DNA of 64,000 nt, taken from the human T2T-CHM13v2.0 reference genome, Homo sapiens. A program made the translations under genes and the position numbers. The notes under the pieces are model-generated. The model did not search any database. It was not told where the DNA came from and saw only the letters and a list, made by a program, of their open reading frames with translations. The stretch lies in assembly GCF_009914755.1 (NCBI RefSeq), contig NC_060929.1; one strand, given 5' to 3'. Shown here piece by piece: positions 58,418 through 64,000 of the stretch; the first letter of the stretch is position 1; every line of letters begins with the position of its first letter.

Positions 58418-60162
58418 ATAGGGCCTAAAAAATAAGATTTGGTGTGATTCATTTAAAATGTGTCAAATGTGCAAGAGGCAGTGGAAGGTAGAGCTGACAT
58501 CCAAGTACCTGGATATCTGACTTCATACTCAGAATATGTCACCCCTGGGCCATGCCGCCTCTTACTAGACAGAGCTTTCACCTGGATTCTCTCCTCTATG
58601 TCTGCTTCTAGTAGGAGGGTGATTATGCAGTAACTTGAATGAAGTTTAAAAATAAACAACAAAGGGGAAGACAAAGAATCAATATTGATTATATTGCTAA
58701 GTTCATCTTTTCAAAAAAATTTCATTTTCCTTCTTATATTAAAATAGCCAAGTAAATTAGACTTTTTACGTTTTCCTTTCCTTGGCATCTAAACTCTGTT
58801 GCTTCTTCGTTTTTCTTTTCTTTAATCCCAGAAAACTAGATGATTCCTTAATATCATTTTGAGATTGTCATATAACATTGGGTTAACATTTAAAATTACA
58901 TAACCCCAACATTGATACTAATTCTAGTGACTGAAATTTAGTTAATGACAACTTTAAAAGGGCATGCATCCTCTGTTCAAACTGATTTACATGAATTTTG
59001 ATATTATTTTGAAGGGAGATCAATTCCACATGAAAGCTGATTTATATGTTTTATTTTAAGGCTCTGAAATTCCATCTGCCTTTATGGCACTGGGCCACAT
59101 CACAACTAGGTCAGATTCTTTCAGGAGCACACAGGTGTCCAGCAAAATTGTGCTTGTGCTTGGCAGCTTACACTGTGGCACCACACCAATTGCTGAACAC
59201 AAGCTCTCTCCTCTCAGTGAGAGCCACCTTCTTATCGTGTTTGTGCCTGTACCTGGTCTCAGGCCAAAAATGAATGGATAGACAGTGAATTTGAGTAATG
59301 AAGACACATTGAGTATACACATCGGGTTATCTTTTATAAAGGACTTTAATTTGAATAATGTTGGTGTGTAAAATTCAAGAAAGAGAAATGGAGTGTTCAC
59401 TATCTTTCATTAAAAATGCCACTGTAAATACTAAAAATGCACAAATGTGTAAAGTTATATCCATCACTTTCAAAGAAGCATAGGAAATAATTTTTAGCTG
59501 TTTCAAATAGTATACAGCATATTCTAAGTTAACGCCTTTCATGATCTAGTTACACCTGACCTAATATGTTCCAAGTGAAATGTTTATTTCTTTATTCACC
59601 TATTTTTTTTTTACTGATTCCTTTTATAATGTGAGTATTCTTGATTTTCAGCCTCTAAATAAGCAAAGAATTGCTGACTCAATTACTGTCCATAAAATAC
59701 AAAATGCATTCTAGTCAGACTAAAACTTCACAATTTATCTTTTATATTGTCATTAACTTATATGTGTATGGTACAAATTATAATTAAATATTTACCAATG
59801 TAATCCTAACTATATTTTTTATTAAATTTTTCTATTCTTAAGATGTATGTGGATATTTAGATTACTGTGTCTTATTCTGTATCTCCTCTTAGTTTGAAAA
59901 ATTCAGAAGACTCCTCTTAGAGAATGCCTCAGGAAGCTTCTAAGATGCCAGCCCCTTCTCCCTAACTGAGCTATAGTTTGGGGCATTTTCAGTTGTGTTA
60001 CACTCTCAGCTGCCATTGCCCTCCTTTCCTTCTCTTGTCCTTTCACAGCATAATTTAACAAGCATTTAGTGGGTGTCCACTAGATGTCAGGCAATCTCCT
60101 AATAATTTCAAAGGAACAATCTTTCGGAAATCACATATGTGAAAGAAACTGGACAAGGATGA

Positions 60163-60528
<366 letters not shown>

Positions 60529-62257
60529 TGAAGTAGGCTGCTTCCCACATACTTTCCAGTTGGAGCTAACTTTACAGCTGGTTTATAACACTGTTTCTTT
60601 AAAAAATTGTTTCAAGTCACAAAGTAACACAATAAGATAATTACTCTTTTAAAGACTCATTTCTAGAAGATGTTGAATTGTTGACAAAAAGAAAGAATTT
60701 TAAACAAGTTTGTAAATAATCATTTTTTCATTCATTCATAAGACATTGACTGAATGTCTATTGTTTGGTAGGTCCCACACACAATTTCTGTGAAAAAACA
60801 CAAAAGAAAAAATGACGCCTAACCTCAAAGAACTCACACACAGCAAAAGAGAAATTAATACCATAATCATATTCAGAAATGCAAGTTGAAATGTGAACTC
60901 TGTAAGCTCAACAAGCCAAGACGGACTTTAGATGCCATTATAAAACGTAATATTCCTTTCTTATACCTTTGGGTAATTTTCACATAAAAAAATCAATTGC
61001 ATGAATTACAAGGTTTTGCTTGTTTTAACTAAGCATATATAGTCTTAAAAAAGTCAAAAGTTCAAAGTCAAGAAAATTGTGAATGTCTTGATATTGTATT
61101 GCAGAGAAGGTCTGTTTCTTTCTCTTATACAATCAGCATTATTTTGAAGATATTTAGGCATGCTCTTCACTGGAAAGAAAGGTCACCCTCAAGAAGCTAT
61201 GAGGCAAAGACAACCACTTTATTTGTAAGTTTTCTCCATTAAAAGAAGACAGTGTTTTAAAATTACACAATATGCTTTATCCAATAAAAATCTGCACTAT
61301 TTTGAAGATAAAAATTCAATCTCCAAGTTCATTTTTTAATTCTTTTTACAGATAAAATACTCAAAGTCAATTCTCTGAAGCTTTTTATTATATTCATTCT
61401 AACATCTTCTATTTATTATCTATATTCTGTTTAATTATATTAGTTAAATTTGTTGCCTTGGTCTCATTATGAAATTTTTCTGTAATATTTGGTGATTCTC
61501 ATTCTATTTATTATTATGATGATATGCAAACCCCATTCCAGTTTTATTATGCCTTGTCATGATATGATCCCAGATGTTGTATAAAATGAACAGAATGTAT
61601 GGAGGGCAGGTATGTACCAGGGCCATATCTTCTGGGTATGAGATGTTCCCCCCTCCTGGGAATAATTAGCTCTCAAGAACATTTCTTTATGTCTTTACTC
61701 CAAGGGGTGGCCCTCACTGCTCCAGTCCAAGATCAAGTTCCACTACTGATGGTTCTGAGCAAGAATGTGAGGAACCCAAATGGTCTAGCTCTTCCAAATC
61801 CATTTCCCCACATTACCTGACAACAAATGTTTCCAAGTTCATTGCTGCATCTATTTTATTTCAAATACCACTGTGTTCTATTCATGGGGTGTATGTATTA
61901 CTCACTTTATTATTTTATCCCAATGCTTTAAAAATCCCTGCCTTTCTATTGTCCATGGTGCAAGCTCACACTAACCATTGAATATCCTGCACTTTGCATA
62001 CATATTTTGCATGGTTTGTTGATTTAATAAATAAAATAATTTTAATTTGAAAATATGCTTCTTTTTTGAGTCTTTGTTTCTTTTGCTCAAGGAGTGGCAA
62101 CCATATTTCTCCAATATCCCCATAAGGAACTTCATAGTCTTCTTTGTGTCTTCTCTTTCCCCCATTTACTACATTTGAACTATCCACTAAGGTTTGTTTA
62201 ATCTGTTTTTTTAACTGTTTTTTCTTCAATACTTTTGTTACGAGAAAAATCAAGATT

Positions 62258-62656
62258 TGTATAGAAAAAATATTTCCCACAACCTGGGAGGGAGCCAAGA
62301 GACCAAAGAACGACTTGGACAAGTCAAGCTTGGTGAGGAGACCTGTTTATTAGGACTTACATACAGGATACTCGTGGGCAGCAGCAGGACAATTTGGGGA
62401 TTTGTGTCACCCCCCCCACCCTCAAAACTGCTTTTAAGCTAATTTGCTAGCTCTATTTCTGCTATGTTTGAGCAATGAGACTGTTTTCCTTGGGAGGTTT
62501 TCAGATGCTCTCCAGAATGTTTGGGTTCTCAGAGACACCTGCTCTTTGGTTTGGGCACCATAGCTTTGGCACGCAACCTAGCCTTCAGTGGTCAGGCAGT
62601 GGACACACACATACAGTATCCAAACGAAACCTTAGTGAAGGACTCATCACACTACA
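62258..62656 (-). mobile_element. Probable ERV1 solo LTR
   Basis: TGTA...TACA ends, about 400 bp with raised GC, and a minus-strand AATAAA near its 3' end. Family uncertain. Confidence 0.55.
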
Positions 62657-63624
62657 ATTTTATACTAAAAATTCTCAAATTTCCTGGAGTTATTGATTCC
62701 TGTTACCAATGGTTGGCTCAACATCCATCATTTCTTGGCTGGCTGATTGAACTTATCTCAATTGTCACTGCTTTCTTTTACTTGCACACCTAATAAGTTT
62801 ATTACCACAGACAAAATTACTTCTAAAGTGTAAAACAGATCTCACTTACTTAGGAATCTCTCATGCCTCTAGAGATTGGCCTGTCTTCCTAGATGATGCT
62901 TAAGATCCTCCATGATTTCCAGCTCATACCTGTCTGATTCTTGGAATCCATAAAATTTAGAGTTCTTTTTTCTCTCTGATTTTCCACGCTCTTTTTAGTG
63001 TTCTTGATTGTGCATAGTTCTCAGTTGAGACATCTAGTCACCCCAGTGTATAAGGGAATGCCTCTTCAGTAAAATATTCTGTAAATACTTCTTGAATATA
63101 TAATTATAACAGAAAGTACATGCTGAGAAGGTGGACTTCTGGTACCATTGGCCAATCTCTTCCCCCCTCTTTTGTGTCACAAGCATTTCTCCGCTGGGCC
63201 TAGTTAGTCTTCCATACTCTTCTCAATAAACAAACTGTCCAGTGGACTCATCCTTCTTTAAATCATTTTATTGACCACTAACCAAGAGAAACTGCACTGG
63301 CATCTCAGTCTTCTATAGAAACCATGGATCAGCATTCATTTTTCAATATTAGCTTAAGACATACAAAATTAACAGTATTCTTTTGGCTTAAAAGTTTGGA
63401 TTTTAGCAATTTTATGAATTTTAACCTAATATGCAGAGTATTAAATTCTACAAAATATCTGACAAAAATAATTTTATCTACCTTGTTACATTTCCAGTGA
63501 TTATATGTATTTCTCACAGTTTGATATGTCAGACACCGCACAGGCTTGTCCACCCACCAGTGGGTATTTGATTCAGATACAATATTTTCTCTGGCCAAAA
63601 TAATTTTACCACTTTTAAAAAATA

Positions 63625-63840
63625 TAATTTAGTTTTTGGAGCTGTTTTAAGTTCACAGTGAAACTGAGCAGAAAGTATAGAGAATTTTCACATATCTCTT
63701 GGCCCACACATAATAGCCTCCCCCTCTACCAACATCCCACACCAGAGTGGTACATTTGTTACAACTGATGAACCTATATTGACACATTATTATCACCCAG
63801 AGTCTGTAATTTACATTAGTTCTTACTCTTGGTATATATG
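63625..63840 (-). mobile_element. L1MC/L1MD 3' end
   Basis: CACCAGAGTGGTACATTTGTTACAACTGATGAACCTA. Confidence 0.8.
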
Positions 63841-63873
63841 CAATATATACATACATATATATATAAATAATAA

Positions 63874-64000
<127 letters not shown>

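Overview
This is eukaryotic, AT-rich, repeat-dense primate genomic DNA. AluY, THE1 and ERV9/LTR12 point to a human- or ape-like (catarrhine) genome. I recognise no intact cellular protein-coding gene, RNA gene or CpG island. The dominant feature is a nested pair of endogenous retroviruses. A defective plus-strand ERV9/LTR12 provirus (1592-15622; Arg PBS; TSD AAAC) is split inside pol by a complete minus-strand Harlequin/HERV-E-like provirus (6347-12748; Glu PBS; TSD CCAC/CTAC). The rest is a mosaic of L1, Alu, MaLR/ERV1/ERVL LTRs, Tigger-family DNA transposons, L2 and MIR, with several nested insertions. Structural oddities include asymmetric LTR12 copies, a pol segment shared in inverted orientation by both proviruses, a head-to-head fused Alu hairpin, and a 44-bp direct repeat 1350 bp apart. 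I see no evidence of a new biological system. Family names are from recalled consensus sequences and need RepeatMasker/Dfam confirmation; boundaries of old repeats are approximate.
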